This document shows positions 1 to 8,346 of a stretch of 32,000 bases of DNA, in pieces. This DNA comes from Candidatus Electrothrix sp. GW3-4 (lineage in GTDB: Bacteria; Desulfobacterota; Desulfobulbia; Desulfobulbales; Desulfobulbaceae): contig NZ_CP147990.1 of assembly GCF_037902255.1 (NCBI RefSeq), positions 2,130,001-2,162,000 of the forward strand, given 5' to 3'. Each line of letters starts with the position of its first letter. Position 1 is the first letter of the stretch. A program made the translations under genes and the position numbers. The notes below the pieces were generated by a model. That model was not told the origin of the DNA. It saw nothing but the letters and a program-made list of their open reading frames with translations, and searched no databases.

Positions 1-2
1 TG

Positions 3-107
3 GCGTTAAACTATATAAAAGTTGATGTGAATGAAAAAGATCATGGTACACTGGATGTGACTATGCATGTCATCACCCTGGTCCAATCCGAACTGATCGG
101 TGACTAA
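3..107 (+). CDS. 3' end of an upstream CDS running in from the window edge (possibly a T2SS GspM-like gene; unverified)
   Basis: The frame is open from the window edge (...LDVTMHVITLVQSELIGD*) and ends at TAA 105-107, 3 nt before the next ATG. Same strand and tight spacing suggest the same operon. It is too short to identify. Confidence 0.3.
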   Translation, partial: ALNYIKVDVNEKDHGTLDVTMHVITLVQSELIGD

Positions 108-110
108 ACC

Positions 111-1073
111 ATGGGTATGAAGTTGCTGAAATGTTCTGGATACCTGCTCTATACCGTGGTTGTCGTGTTTTTCCTGCTCTGGTATAAGTTTCCTGCTGAT
201 GCGTTCAAGGCCAGGATCGAAAAAGATCTGAATATGATGACCCCAACCCTGCAATGGGGCGTGAAAAAAATATCCCTGGTCCCACCGTTCAATGTTCAGT
301 TGCGTCATATCAGTATTACAGGAAAAAAAGAACAGGAAAGACTTCTCGAAGTCCAGTCAGTTAACCTGATCCCTGACCCTATAACCTGGAAACAGACGGG
401 AAATATTGCAGGAAAATACAGACTCAACCTCCTTAATGGAACAGTGACAGGTCATCTTGCTTTGACCAAGGACCGCAGCGCACTTGAATATGACGGTACG
501 GTACAGGATGTCCAAATAGATAATAAAGAGCCGGCCTTTATCCAGCAAGATTACCAAAGAACCCTACATGGTACCTTATCAGGTAATTTTTCCGGGACCC
601 GGAAGCTAAAAAAGAAACATCAAAGCCTGCAAGGGCAGTTCACCTTTGCAAAAGGTGAACTGAGCCTGCAGCAGCCAGTTTTGGGCATGAAGCAGATAGA
701 CTTTGACAGGATAGAGACCCAGCTCGCTTTCAGCTCAGGAACGATATCCTTAAGCCAGGGCAAGGTGAACTCCCCCTTATTTGCTGCAGACTTTCAAGGC
801 AGCCTGCATACAACAGTCCCCTGCTCGCTCTCTCGCATTGATTTAAAAGGTTTTTTTCGACCAAGAGCTGAATTTGCCTCTTCCATAGACAGCCCTTCAC
901 TTGTGATGCTCCTGAAAAAAGAGATGCAACAGGGCAATCTTCCTTTTACGGTGAATGGCTTACTCAAAGCACCAGGGATTAAATTTACCAGCCTTCCTCC
1001 CACATTTAATAATCAGATGGGGCTGATCAGAAAACAGCTGCGGCAAATGCCCCAAGGGGGCCCGGCAAAATGA
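111..1073 (+). CDS. gspN: T2SS GspN-like protein (long variant), assigned mainly by context
   Basis: 320-aa ORF with a single N-terminal TM helix (LLYTVVVVFFLLWY). It has an ATGA overlap with the gspC-like gene and sits directly upstream of gspC-D-E. No diagnostic motif was recognised, so the product call is contextual. Confidence 0.5.
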   Translation: MGMKLLKCSGYLLYTVVVVFFLLWYKFPADAFKARIEKDLNMMTPTLQWGVKKISLVPPFNVQLRHISITGKKEQERLLEVQSVNLIPDPITWKQTGNIAGKYRLNLLNGTVTGHLALTKDRSALEYDGTVQDVQIDNKEPAFIQQDYQRTLHGTLSGNFSGTRKLKKKHQSLQGQFTFAKGELSLQQPVLGMKQIDFDRIETQLAFSSGTISLSQGKVNSPLFAADFQGSLHTTVPCSLSRIDLKGFFRPRAEFASSIDSPSLVMLLKKEMQQGNLPFTVNGLLKAPGIKFTSLPPTFNNQMGLIRKQLRQMPQGGPAK

Positions 1074-1969
1074 TCCGACTCCTGCTCAAATTAGCTGGTA
1101 TCTTTGTGCTGGCATATGCGGCAGTCCACCTGGGATATGCCAAGCTGGAAAAGGAGCTCTTACGTCGCAGCTGCTTTGACATCGTGGGACAAGTAACCCC
1201 TGAGCCAACAACTCAGGGAGATGGCAATAAAGCCGCCCAGGATAGGGTTAAGAGACTGACGCAGGAAGACCAACAGCCAGCAGCAAGATCTGAGGAAGGG
1301 GCGCCAAGAGTACCTCCTGTTTTACCTACAGATGGCCAGGTTATTGATTATGAAAACCCGGACCTCCAGCTCATCATCCGCCGAAATATTTTTCAGCTTA
1401 TCCAGGAAGAACAGCCAAGAATAGCAAAAAAACAGCCCGTGGCGGTACAGGAGACGGCCCCGGAGGTCCCCACAACATTGAATCTGACCCTCTTGGGTAC
1501 TGTGCTGGGTGATGAGCAAGGTTCCAGAGCAATTATTATTGAAGAGAAAAAAAATGAGCAAAAGCTTTATCAGATTGGCGATGCCGTGCAGGGGGCTATA
1601 ATTGAGTCTATTGAACGCGGTAAAGTCATTCTTGACGTGTTTGGTGCCAGGGAAACCCTGATGATGAAAAAGCGGGAAGGCGGTGGCCCTGGCCTGCCGA
1701 GCCTGCCTGCTCGCATTTCTCCTCCTGAGCCAAGACCTGCCCCAGATCTGATGGAAGATGAGGTTGATGACATTGAAGTAGATGAGGATCTTGAAGAAAA
1801 ACAGGTCCGGACAACCCGAAGGCCCCCTTCTATCCGGCCCCACCGCCGGATAAATTTTCGGCGTAATCCTATCCGTAGCGTAGCTGGCAGAGACGATGTG
1901 GGAGAAGAGGATGCCCCGGAGGGACGAGAGAGTACCCTTTCCGAAGAAGATTTACCCCCTTTGGATTGA
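1070..1969 (+). CDS. gspC: T2SS GspC-like protein lacking a PDZ domain
   Basis: N-terminal TM helix. The central segment LNLTLLGTVLGDEQGSRAIIIEEKKNEQKLYQIGDAVQGAIIESIERGKVILDVFG fits the GspC HR (PilP-like) domain pattern. The gene lies immediately upstream of the secretin. The C-terminus is a Pro/Glu/Arg-rich low-complexity tail. Confidence 0.65.
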   Translation: MIRLLLKLAGIFVLAYAAVHLGYAKLEKELLRRSCFDIVGQVTPEPTTQGDGNKAAQDRVKRLTQEDQQPAARSEEGAPRVPPVLPTDGQVIDYENPDLQLIIRRNIFQLIQEEQPRIAKKQPVAVQETAPEVPTTLNLTLLGTVLGDEQGSRAIIIEEKKNEQKLYQIGDAVQGAIIESIERGKVILDVFGARETLMMKKREGGGPGLPSLPARISPPEPRPAPDLMEDEVDDIEVDEDLEEKQVRTTRRPPSIRPHRRINFRRNPIRSVAGRDDVGEEDAPEGRESTLSEEDLPPLD

Positions 1970-2064
1970 TTATATCAGACCGGAACACTTTGCGAGCGCC
2001 CGGCAAAGTTATGACGGCATACTGTATTTGAATAAGGTCAATCGTTTTTGAATCGCAGGATATT

Positions 2065-4338
2065 ATGAAAATTTTTTTATCGTTATTACGGATAGTTTGC
2101 CTCACCTTGTCCCTTTCTCTGTTCATCGCCCTGCCAACCGGCTTTGCTGAGACTGCTGCTGACCGACAGGATGATAACGGACAGCAATACGTGACCATTG
2201 ATTTCAACGATGTTGATATTAGTATTTTTATTAAATACATCAGCGAACTGACCGGGAAAAACTTCATTGTTGATCGCACGGTTAAAGGCAAGGTCACGGT
2301 CATTTCACCGACCCGAATGACAGAGAAAGATGCCTATAGGGTTTTTGAATCTGTCCTGGAAGTTCACGGGTTCACTACGGTCCCCAGCGGCCCTGTCATC
2401 AAAATTGTCCCTTCTGTGCAAGCTCGATCGAAAAGTATTCCCACAATCAGGGAAGGCGAGGAAAGTTCGTCCGAAGATAAAGTGGTCACGCGGATTATTC
2501 AGATGAAGCACTCGGATCCGGATGAGCTGAAAAAAATACTCACCCCCCTGCTTTCAAAGACCAGCAATGTGATTTCCCACTCCCAATCCGGGATGATGAT
2601 TCTGACGGACGTACAGTCTAACATCAAACGTTTGCTGGAGATCATCAAGGAAATTGATGTGCCGTCTGTGGGCGAAGAACTGGTTATTATTCCGCTACAA
2701 TATGCCTCTGTTGCTGATGTCGGCAAATCCATCAGCCAACTCTTTGTCCAATCCACCAGAAGGCGGGGACGGAGCAGCAGCGCATCCAATATTAAAATTA
2801 TTCCTTACGAACGTACGAATTCCCTTATTGTCTTTGCCCCCAAGGCCCAGATAAAAAAACTTCGCAGTATCTTGGAGCAGCTGGATACCGAGGCTCCCAA
2901 AGGTGGCGGCAAAATCCATGTTTATTACCTCCAGCACGCTAATGCCGAAGAGCTGGTCACGGTCCTGACCAGCCTGCCGACCAAGCAAACACGAGCAACG
3001 TCCAAAAGCACCAAGGCAGAGGCAGCCAAGGCACCGCCCCTGTCCACAGATCTGCAAGTAACCGCAGATCCAGAGACCAACTCCCTGATTATCACGGCAC
3101 CAAAAGAAGAATACCTGATTCTTGAAGAAATCATCAAAAAGCTTGATATCCCCCGCCGTATGGTCTACCTGGAGGCCCTGATTATGGAGGTGTCCCTTGA
3201 CAAACAATTCAATATAGGTGTTGAATGGGGCGGAGCTGGGAGCTTTCATGATGAAACCGGAACCTTGGCAAGCGGATTTAGTGGCAGTGCCTCAGAACCA
3301 TATAACCTGATGACAGATCTTCAGGATGCTTCACTATCATCGTCTGGATTCGCTCTTGGTGTTCTGAAAAAAGGAGTTGAAATAGGCGGCATTTACTTCC
3401 CAGATATCGGAGCAGTAATGAATGCCTTCAAGTCAGATTCAGATATCAATATTATTGCCACCCCCCAGATTCTCACCACGGATAATAAAGAGGCATCAAT
3501 CGTCGTCGGCCAGAATGTCCCCTATATTACCAGCAAGAACACTTCTGATAGTGGAAGTGGTCAGGATTATACCAATTATGAATACAAGGATATTGGGACG
3601 ACGCTCAAGATCACCCCGCAGATTAATCAGGCCAACCTTCTCCGTCTGCAAATCGGCGTAGAGGTCACGAGACTAAAAAGTACTGCCGGAGATCTTACGC
3701 CTACCACCTATAAACGAAACGCTGACACCACCGTGGTTGTGCATAATGAGGAAATTGTGGTGATCGGCGGCATGATCGGCCAGGATACCACCTCGGGTAA
3801 CTATAAGGTGCCTCTGCTCGGTGATATTCCCCTGCTGGGTTGGCTCTTCAAAAGCCATGAAAGCTTGGATAACAAAACAAATATGTTTATCTTTCTCATG
3901 CCCCGTATCGTGGAAAGCACGCCCCAGCTTACCGATATTTATCAGCGGAAACGTGATGTGTTAGAGGAGGTCCAGGAAGGATCAGGGGTAATACCGGAGA
4001 AAATCCTTCAAGTCAAAGCGAATCAAGAAAATGTCTTTGCCTTTATTGATCTCGGCTTTGCCAAACTCCAGCAAAAAAAATACGCTGAAGCAAAGGGCTA
4101 TTTTCTTCAGGCCTTGAAAATCCAACCAGAAAACCCCTATGCCTTGATCAATATGGGCATTATCTATGAACATGAAAAACAGTTCAACAAGGCAACAGAA
4201 ATCTATCAACAGGTACTTGATCTTGCTGACAGCCGTCAGGACTCGGCAGAGGCAGAACATACGTCTGAAGACCAGGCCCTGCTGAATACGGCCCGGGAAA
4301 ATCTGAGAAAAATCCAGCGGAACGAGTTGAAAAAATAG
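2065..4338 (+). CDS. gspD: T2SS secretin GspD with a C-terminal TPR-like extension
   Basis: Signal peptide; N0 domain (VTIDFNDVDISIFIKYISELTGKNFIVD); repeated N-domains. Secretin core motifs are present (IIATPQILTTDNKEASIVVGQNVPY, VVVHNEEIVVIGGMI, VPLLGDIPLLGWLFKS, NMFIFLMPRIV). AGGA RBS before the ATG. Confidence 0.9.
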   Translation: MKIFLSLLRIVCLTLSLSLFIALPTGFAETAADRQDDNGQQYVTIDFNDVDISIFIKYISELTGKNFIVDRTVKGKVTVISPTRMTEKDAYRVFESVLEVHGFTTVPSGPVIKIVPSVQARSKSIPTIREGEESSSEDKVVTRIIQMKHSDPDELKKILTPLLSKTSNVISHSQSGMMILTDVQSNIKRLLEIIKEIDVPSVGEELVIIPLQYASVADVGKSISQLFVQSTRRRGRSSSASNIKIIPYERTNSLIVFAPKAQIKKLRSILEQLDTEAPKGGGKIHVYYLQHANAEELVTVLTSLPTKQTRATSKSTKAEAAKAPPLSTDLQVTADPETNSLIITAPKEEYLILEEIIKKLDIPRRMVYLEALIMEVSLDKQFNIGVEWGGAGSFHDETGTLASGFSGSASEPYNLMTDLQDASLSSSGFALGVLKKGVEIGGIYFPDIGAVMNAFKSDSDINIIATPQILTTDNKEASIVVGQNVPYITSKNTSDSGSGQDYTNYEYKDIGTTLKITPQINQANLLRLQIGVEVTRLKSTAGDLTPTTYKRNADTTVVVHNEEIVVIGGMIGQDTTSGNYKVPLLGDIPLLGWLFKSHESLDNKTNMFIFLMPRIVESTPQLTDIYQRKRDVLEEVQEGSGVIPEKILQVKANQENVFAFIDLGFAKLQQKKYAEAKGYFLQALKIQPENPYALINMGIIYEHEKQFNKATEIYQQVLDLADSRQDSAEAEHTSEDQALLNTARENLRKIQRNELKK

Positions 4339-4348
4339 GTACTCCCTC

Positions 4349-6037
4349 ATGAAACCTCTCGGTCAAATCCTTTTAGAATCCTTCAACATTGATGAGGAGG
4401 ATATCAACCATGCTCTTCAAATTCAAGCTGAAGGGGGGGGATTATTGGGTAAGATTTTGCTTCAGGAGAAAAAAATAACCGCGCTCGAACTCCTGCACGC
4501 ACTCAGTCTTCATACCAACCTTGAACTGAGAAAATCGCTACCAACAGAGACAGATCCTTTCTTTACAGATAAGGTGACTATAGGCTTTTTGAAAAAATTC
4601 AAAATGATGCCTATAGCGACTCCAAAGGAGTCCTTTATAGCGCTGGCAGACCCTTCTTATTATCAACAGTTGGACGATCTTCAACGCGTTCTCAACTGGA
4701 ATGGAATCGACACCGTCTTAGTGCCAGAAGAAGAAATTTTTGCTGCCATCAATGCGGCCTATGATCGAACCAGTCATGGGGCTGCTGATCAGGTTCTGCA
4801 GGATATTGATGAAGATGATCCAGAGGCGCTTCTCTCTGAAATAGAGGAAACAGCAGATCTGCTGGATGATACCAGTGATGCGCCAGTCATTAAGCTGGTC
4901 AACCTTATTCTCTCCCAGGCTGTTCGCGACGGTGCCAGTGATATCCATATCGAACCGTATAAAGATCAGGTAAAAATCCGCAAACGTGTTGACGGTATCC
5001 TGTACGATATGCTGACCCCGCAAAAGCATGTGCAGGCCAAGTTGATCTCCAGGATCAAGATCATGGGAAAAATGGATATTGCGGAAAAGCGTCTTCCTCA
5101 GGACGGGCGCATCGAGATACGTATTGCAAATAAAAACATTGACTTGCGCGTTTCTTCATTACCAACGGCCTTTGGCGAGCGCATCGTTATGCGTCTGTTG
5201 GATAAGTCTAATGTCCTGCTGTCTCTGGAGCAGCTGGGCATGTCACCGCGCGACCTCAATCTCCTGCTCAAACTGATCAAGGAGCCGCACGGTATTGTTC
5301 TCGTCACAGGCCCTACAGGCAGCGGTAAAACAACGAGTTTGTATTCCGCGCTGACAGTGCTCAACCAACCCGATGTCAACATTATTACCGTGGAAGATCC
5401 TATTGAATACCAGATCAACGGGATCAGTCAGGTCCAGGTCAATACAAAGATTGATCTGACCTTTGCCAACGGCCTGCGTACCATTGTTCGTCAGGACCCG
5501 GATATCATCCTGGTGGGTGAGATCCGAGACATAGAAACCGCTGAGATGGCTATCCAGGCGGCCCTGACTGGCCATCTTGTCTTTTCGACCCTGCATACCA
5601 ATGATGCAGCCAGCGCTGTCACCCGCCTTATCGACATGGGTGTTGAGCCCTTTCTGGTTTCTTCCTCGGTGAATGCCATCATGGCCCAGCGATTGGTGCG
5701 TAAAATATGCCCGCATTGCCGGGAGGCCTATAGACCTGCTCCAGAGTATCTGGAACAGCTGGCCCTGCCCCCGGAATTTCACGATGCCGACCTCTATCTC
5801 GGTCGAGGCTGTGAAGAATGTCTCCATACCGGGTACCAGGGACGGCTCGGCATCTACGAACTTATAGTCCTTTCCGAGCATATCCGCAGCATCATCCTCA
5901 CCACCTCCGATGCAGGCCAGATCAAGCGGGAGGCAATGGCTGACCCCGAGAACCCCATGCTGACCCTGCGCATGGATGGTCTGCGAAAGGTGCTGGAAGG
6001 TGTCACCACCCTGGAAGAGGTCTTCCGGGTGACCTGA
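4349..6037 (+). CDS. gspE: T2SS ATPase GspE
   Basis: Walker A GPTGSGKTT, Walker B DPDIILVGEIRD, His box LTGHLVFSTLHTND, tetra-Cys CPHC...CEEC, and an N-terminal T2SSE_N-type domain. Follows gspD by 10 nt. Confidence 0.9.
   Translation: MKPLGQILLESFNIDEEDINHALQIQAEGGGLLGKILLQEKKITALELLHALSLHTNLELRKSLPTETDPFFTDKVTIGFLKKFKMMPIATPKESFIALADPSYYQQLDDLQRVLNWNGIDTVLVPEEEIFAAINAAYDRTSHGAADQVLQDIDEDDPEALLSEIEETADLLDDTSDAPVIKLVNLILSQAVRDGASDIHIEPYKDQVKIRKRVDGILYDMLTPQKHVQAKLISRIKIMGKMDIAEKRLPQDGRIEIRIANKNIDLRVSSLPTAFGERIVMRLLDKSNVLLSLEQLGMSPRDLNLLLKLIKEPHGIVLVTGPTGSGKTTSLYSALTVLNQPDVNIITVEDPIEYQINGISQVQVNTKIDLTFANGLRTIVRQDPDIILVGEIRDIETAEMAIQAALTGHLVFSTLHTNDAASAVTRLIDMGVEPFLVSSSVNAIMAQRLVRKICPHCREAYRPAPEYLEQLALPPEFHDADLYLGRGCEECLHTGYQGRLGIYELIVLSEHIRSIILTTSDAGQIKREAMADPENPMLTLRMDGLRKVLEGVTTLEEVFRVT
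4433..4440 (+). repeat. G8 homopolymer inside codons 29-31 of gspE
   Basis: Direct read: gaa ggg ggg gga (E G G G). Confidence 0.9.
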
Positions 6038-6149
6038 CAGCGGAGCGCTGCTTTACTCCAAGATATTTCTGAATATCTATAATGGACCCCTATTCTTGGA
6101 CAGCTATTTAAGGTAGATTTTTTTCTAAAAATGCTGGCATCCTTCATAT

Positions 6150-7899
6150 CCGGGTTGACACTTGTACAGAAAGTTATTCATAAAGTTGCGACAAGCTGCT
6201 TGGTTCAGCTATTATAATGGCAAATAATCCTCAGCCAAATTGAACCAACATCGCCTTATGTTTTCTCTCGTACCTCAAGTGCCCGTCCCCGATAACGCGA
6301 GCAATATTTTCGGAAATAAATTTCTTCGTCGCCCTGAGTTAGCAACTTTCGATCGACTACAAATCGTTTATGAAGCGTATTGCGCTAAAATTTTCGGTCT
6401 ATGGGGCACGGTAACCGCATTATCGAAATATTACAATGTTTCCAGGACGTTTATCTATGACACCTTGGCGGTTTTCGAGGAAATTGTTGAACTTGCGCTC
6501 GGGCCGCCCGTTCAACCTGCCGATACTGAAAACAAAAGAGAAGCTGTTGAAATGATAGCTTCATTACGACTTGAGGGGAAATGCGGTATCGGATCTATTG
6601 TGGCGATAATGAACCGCATCGGCCTACGCTTCTCATCTCAAGGTACTGTTAGCACATATTTAAATCATATAGGCTCGCTTGTTCCCCCTGAGCTGAGGCT
6701 TGAAGACAATGATTTGCGGGTTGTCTTTCTGAGCGATGAAATCTTTTCCGGCGGTGTACCTATTCTAATCACTGTCGATCCGATCAGCTCCGCGATTTTA
6801 AAGATAGAACTCGCCGAAAAACGACGTGCTGAAGAATGGAAAAAGCATTGGATCTGCCTTGAAAATAATGGAATTGAGGCGATTTATCTCGTCACCGATG
6901 AAGGATCCGGGCTGTGCGCGGCTCACGATGAACTTTTTTCAGGTGTCATCATGAGGCAGCCAGACACTTTTCACGCTGTTGCATATCGTCTCGGAAGTCG
7001 GTTGGAACAACTAGAAAAATCGGCTTATAAAGCTATTACGGAGGAGTATAACCGCGAAGGAAAAATTGCTTCTGCACGAACGAAGGCGGTTATCCGCAAA
7101 CGAACCGAACTCTATGAAAAAGCACGCAGCGAAGCGCGGAAGGCCGTGGCGCTGTATGATAACTTTTTTTATCTATACCGATGTATTATCAATGAATTGA
7201 ACCCGTTCTGCTGCGACGGCCAACTGCGGAATCGTCAGCAGGCGGAAGGCAACATTCAGGCAGCTCTTGAGATGATTGAAACTCTCGGCAATGAAAAAAT
7301 CAACAAAGCAATCGACGGAATAAAAAATATCCTGCCGAATCTTCTGAATTATTTCGTTGTAGCCCTCGAGGTCAGGGAAGAACTCGAAAAATTGCCGATC
7401 AATCATAACGCGCTGTCGTCGCTCTGTTCGGCATGGCAGCATCATAAAGCAGTGATCAAAGCAAAAAAGGCGGATCGCCGTAAGAGATGCGCGGACAGAG
7501 AACAGAGGCATCTTGAATTCGCCGTAGGGTATCTTCAGGAAGATTTTGAAATTATCAAAGATCGTGTATACAACGAGTTGGACACAATTGTACAGAGTTC
7601 GGCCATGGTCGAATGTATCAACTCCGTCATTCGTCCGTATCTGAATACCTCACGGGGACAGGTGAACCAGAACACCTTGAATCTGATCGCATTTTATCAT
7701 AATAACAGGCGATACCGTGCGGGAAAACGAGTCAAGAAAACACCGATGGAGATTTTGACGGGTAAAAAGCAGGAAAAAGACTGGACTGAGCTGCTATTTG
7801 ACCTGATTGAGGAAAAAGACCCTCTATTTTTCTCGGCAGCGGCCTGAAATTATACATCAACGGTTCCTGATCTTCAGTTAAGAAGCCGTTAATCAACTC
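6150..7899 (+). mobile_element. Insertion sequence carrying a 535-aa DDE transposase; family unassigned, boundaries approximate
   Basis: A single large transposase ORF sits between the end of the T2SS operon and the IS3 element. No convincing terminal inverted repeats were found. The only inverted match is GTTGACACTT at 6154-6163 with AAGTGTCAAC at 7958-7967, and the second copy falls inside the proposed IS3 left end. Confidence 0.4.
6240..7847 (+). CDS. DDE-type transposase (unassigned IS family)
   Basis: N-terminal HTH-like segment (YNVSRTFIYDTL). Candidate catalytic triad: ILITVDPISS (D), YLVTDEGSGL followed by QPDTFHAV (D), and SSAMVECINSVIRPYL (E) after a long insertion domain. C-terminal NLIAFYHNNRRYRAGKRVKKTPMEILTG. 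TTG start at 6240, with an alternative in-frame ATG at 6258. Confidence 0.75.
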   Translation: MNQHRLMFSLVPQVPVPDNASNIFGNKFLRRPELATFDRLQIVYEAYCAKIFGLWGTVTALSKYYNVSRTFIYDTLAVFEEIVELALGPPVQPADTENKREAVEMIASLRLEGKCGIGSIVAIMNRIGLRFSSQGTVSTYLNHIGSLVPPELRLEDNDLRVVFLSDEIFSGGVPILITVDPISSAILKIELAEKRRAEEWKKHWICLENNGIEAIYLVTDEGSGLCAAHDELFSGVIMRQPDTFHAVAYRLGSRLEQLEKSAYKAITEEYNREGKIASARTKAVIRKRTELYEKARSEARKAVALYDNFFYLYRCIINELNPFCCDGQLRNRQQAEGNIQAALEMIETLGNEKINKAIDGIKNILPNLLNYFVVALEVREELEKLPINHNALSSLCSAWQHHKAVIKAKKADRRKRCADREQRHLEFAVGYLQEDFEIIKDRVYNELDTIVQSSAMVECINSVIRPYLNTSRGQVNQNTLNLIAFYHNNRRYRAGKRVKKTPMEILTGKKQEKDWTELLFDLIEEKDPLFFSAAA

Positions 7900-8067
7900 T
7901 GAGAAAGTGACAGCGGTGATATGTATTGGTGCGTCTTCGCCGCATTGTATTAAAAAAAAGTGTCAACTACTTTTGGGTGGATATGAAGCATGCCAAAATG
8001 CTGAATGTATTTTGGTGCGCTTGGCACGAGTCCGAAATTCATACAGCCACTACCGGAGAATCTACGC

Positions 8068-8346
8068 ATGTCACGTAAAAGAAGAGTCCACTCAGCTGCA
8101 TTTAAAGGAAAAGTTGCACTTGAAGCACTGAAAGAACTAAAGCCGATTAATGTACTGGCCTCCCAGTATGAGATTCAGCCAAACCAGATTAGCACCTGGA
8201 AAAAGCAGCTAAAAGAAGGAGTAACCGAAATATTCAGCCGAAAACGCGGTAAAGCAAAAGATGATTCCCGCAAGGCTGAAAAACGCTTATACGAAGAAAT
8301 CGGTCGTCTGAAAATGGAGCTGGACTGGCTTAAAAAAAAAGTCTGA
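8068..8346 (+). CDS. IS3-family transposase OrfA (HTH protein)
   Basis: MSRKRRVHSAAFKGKVALEALKELKPINVLASQYEIQPNQISTWKKQL is the classic IS3 OrfA HTH, followed by a leucine-zipper-like C-terminus. GGAG lies 9 nt upstream of ATG 8068. Confidence 0.85.
   Translation: MSRKRRVHSAAFKGKVALEALKELKPINVLASQYEIQPNQISTWKKQLKEGVTEIFSRKRGKAKDDSRKAEKRLYEEIGRLKMELDWLKKKV
8332..8340 (+). promoter_or_regulatory. A9 slippery tract in the orfA/orfB overlap of the IS3 element
   Basis: Direct read: ctt aaa aaa aaa gtc tga. The orfB frame is open from 8312 and is +1 relative to orfA. Confidence 0.7.

Noticed and set aside
1987-2009. 7-bp inverted repeat ACTTTGC/GCAAAGT between gspC and gspD
   Set aside because: It has no T-tract and sits within an operon. 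It may be an mRNA structure, but nothing else supports a function.
2695-5881. Several 100-212-aa minus-strand ORFs inside gspD and gspE (for example 2695-3249 and 5243-5881)
   Set aside because: They are shadow ORFs opposite strongly supported genes, with no motifs.
7907-8131. 74-aa ORF in the left part of the IS3 element
   Set aside because: It overlaps the orfA start in another frame and has no recognisable features. It is probably non-coding IS leader.
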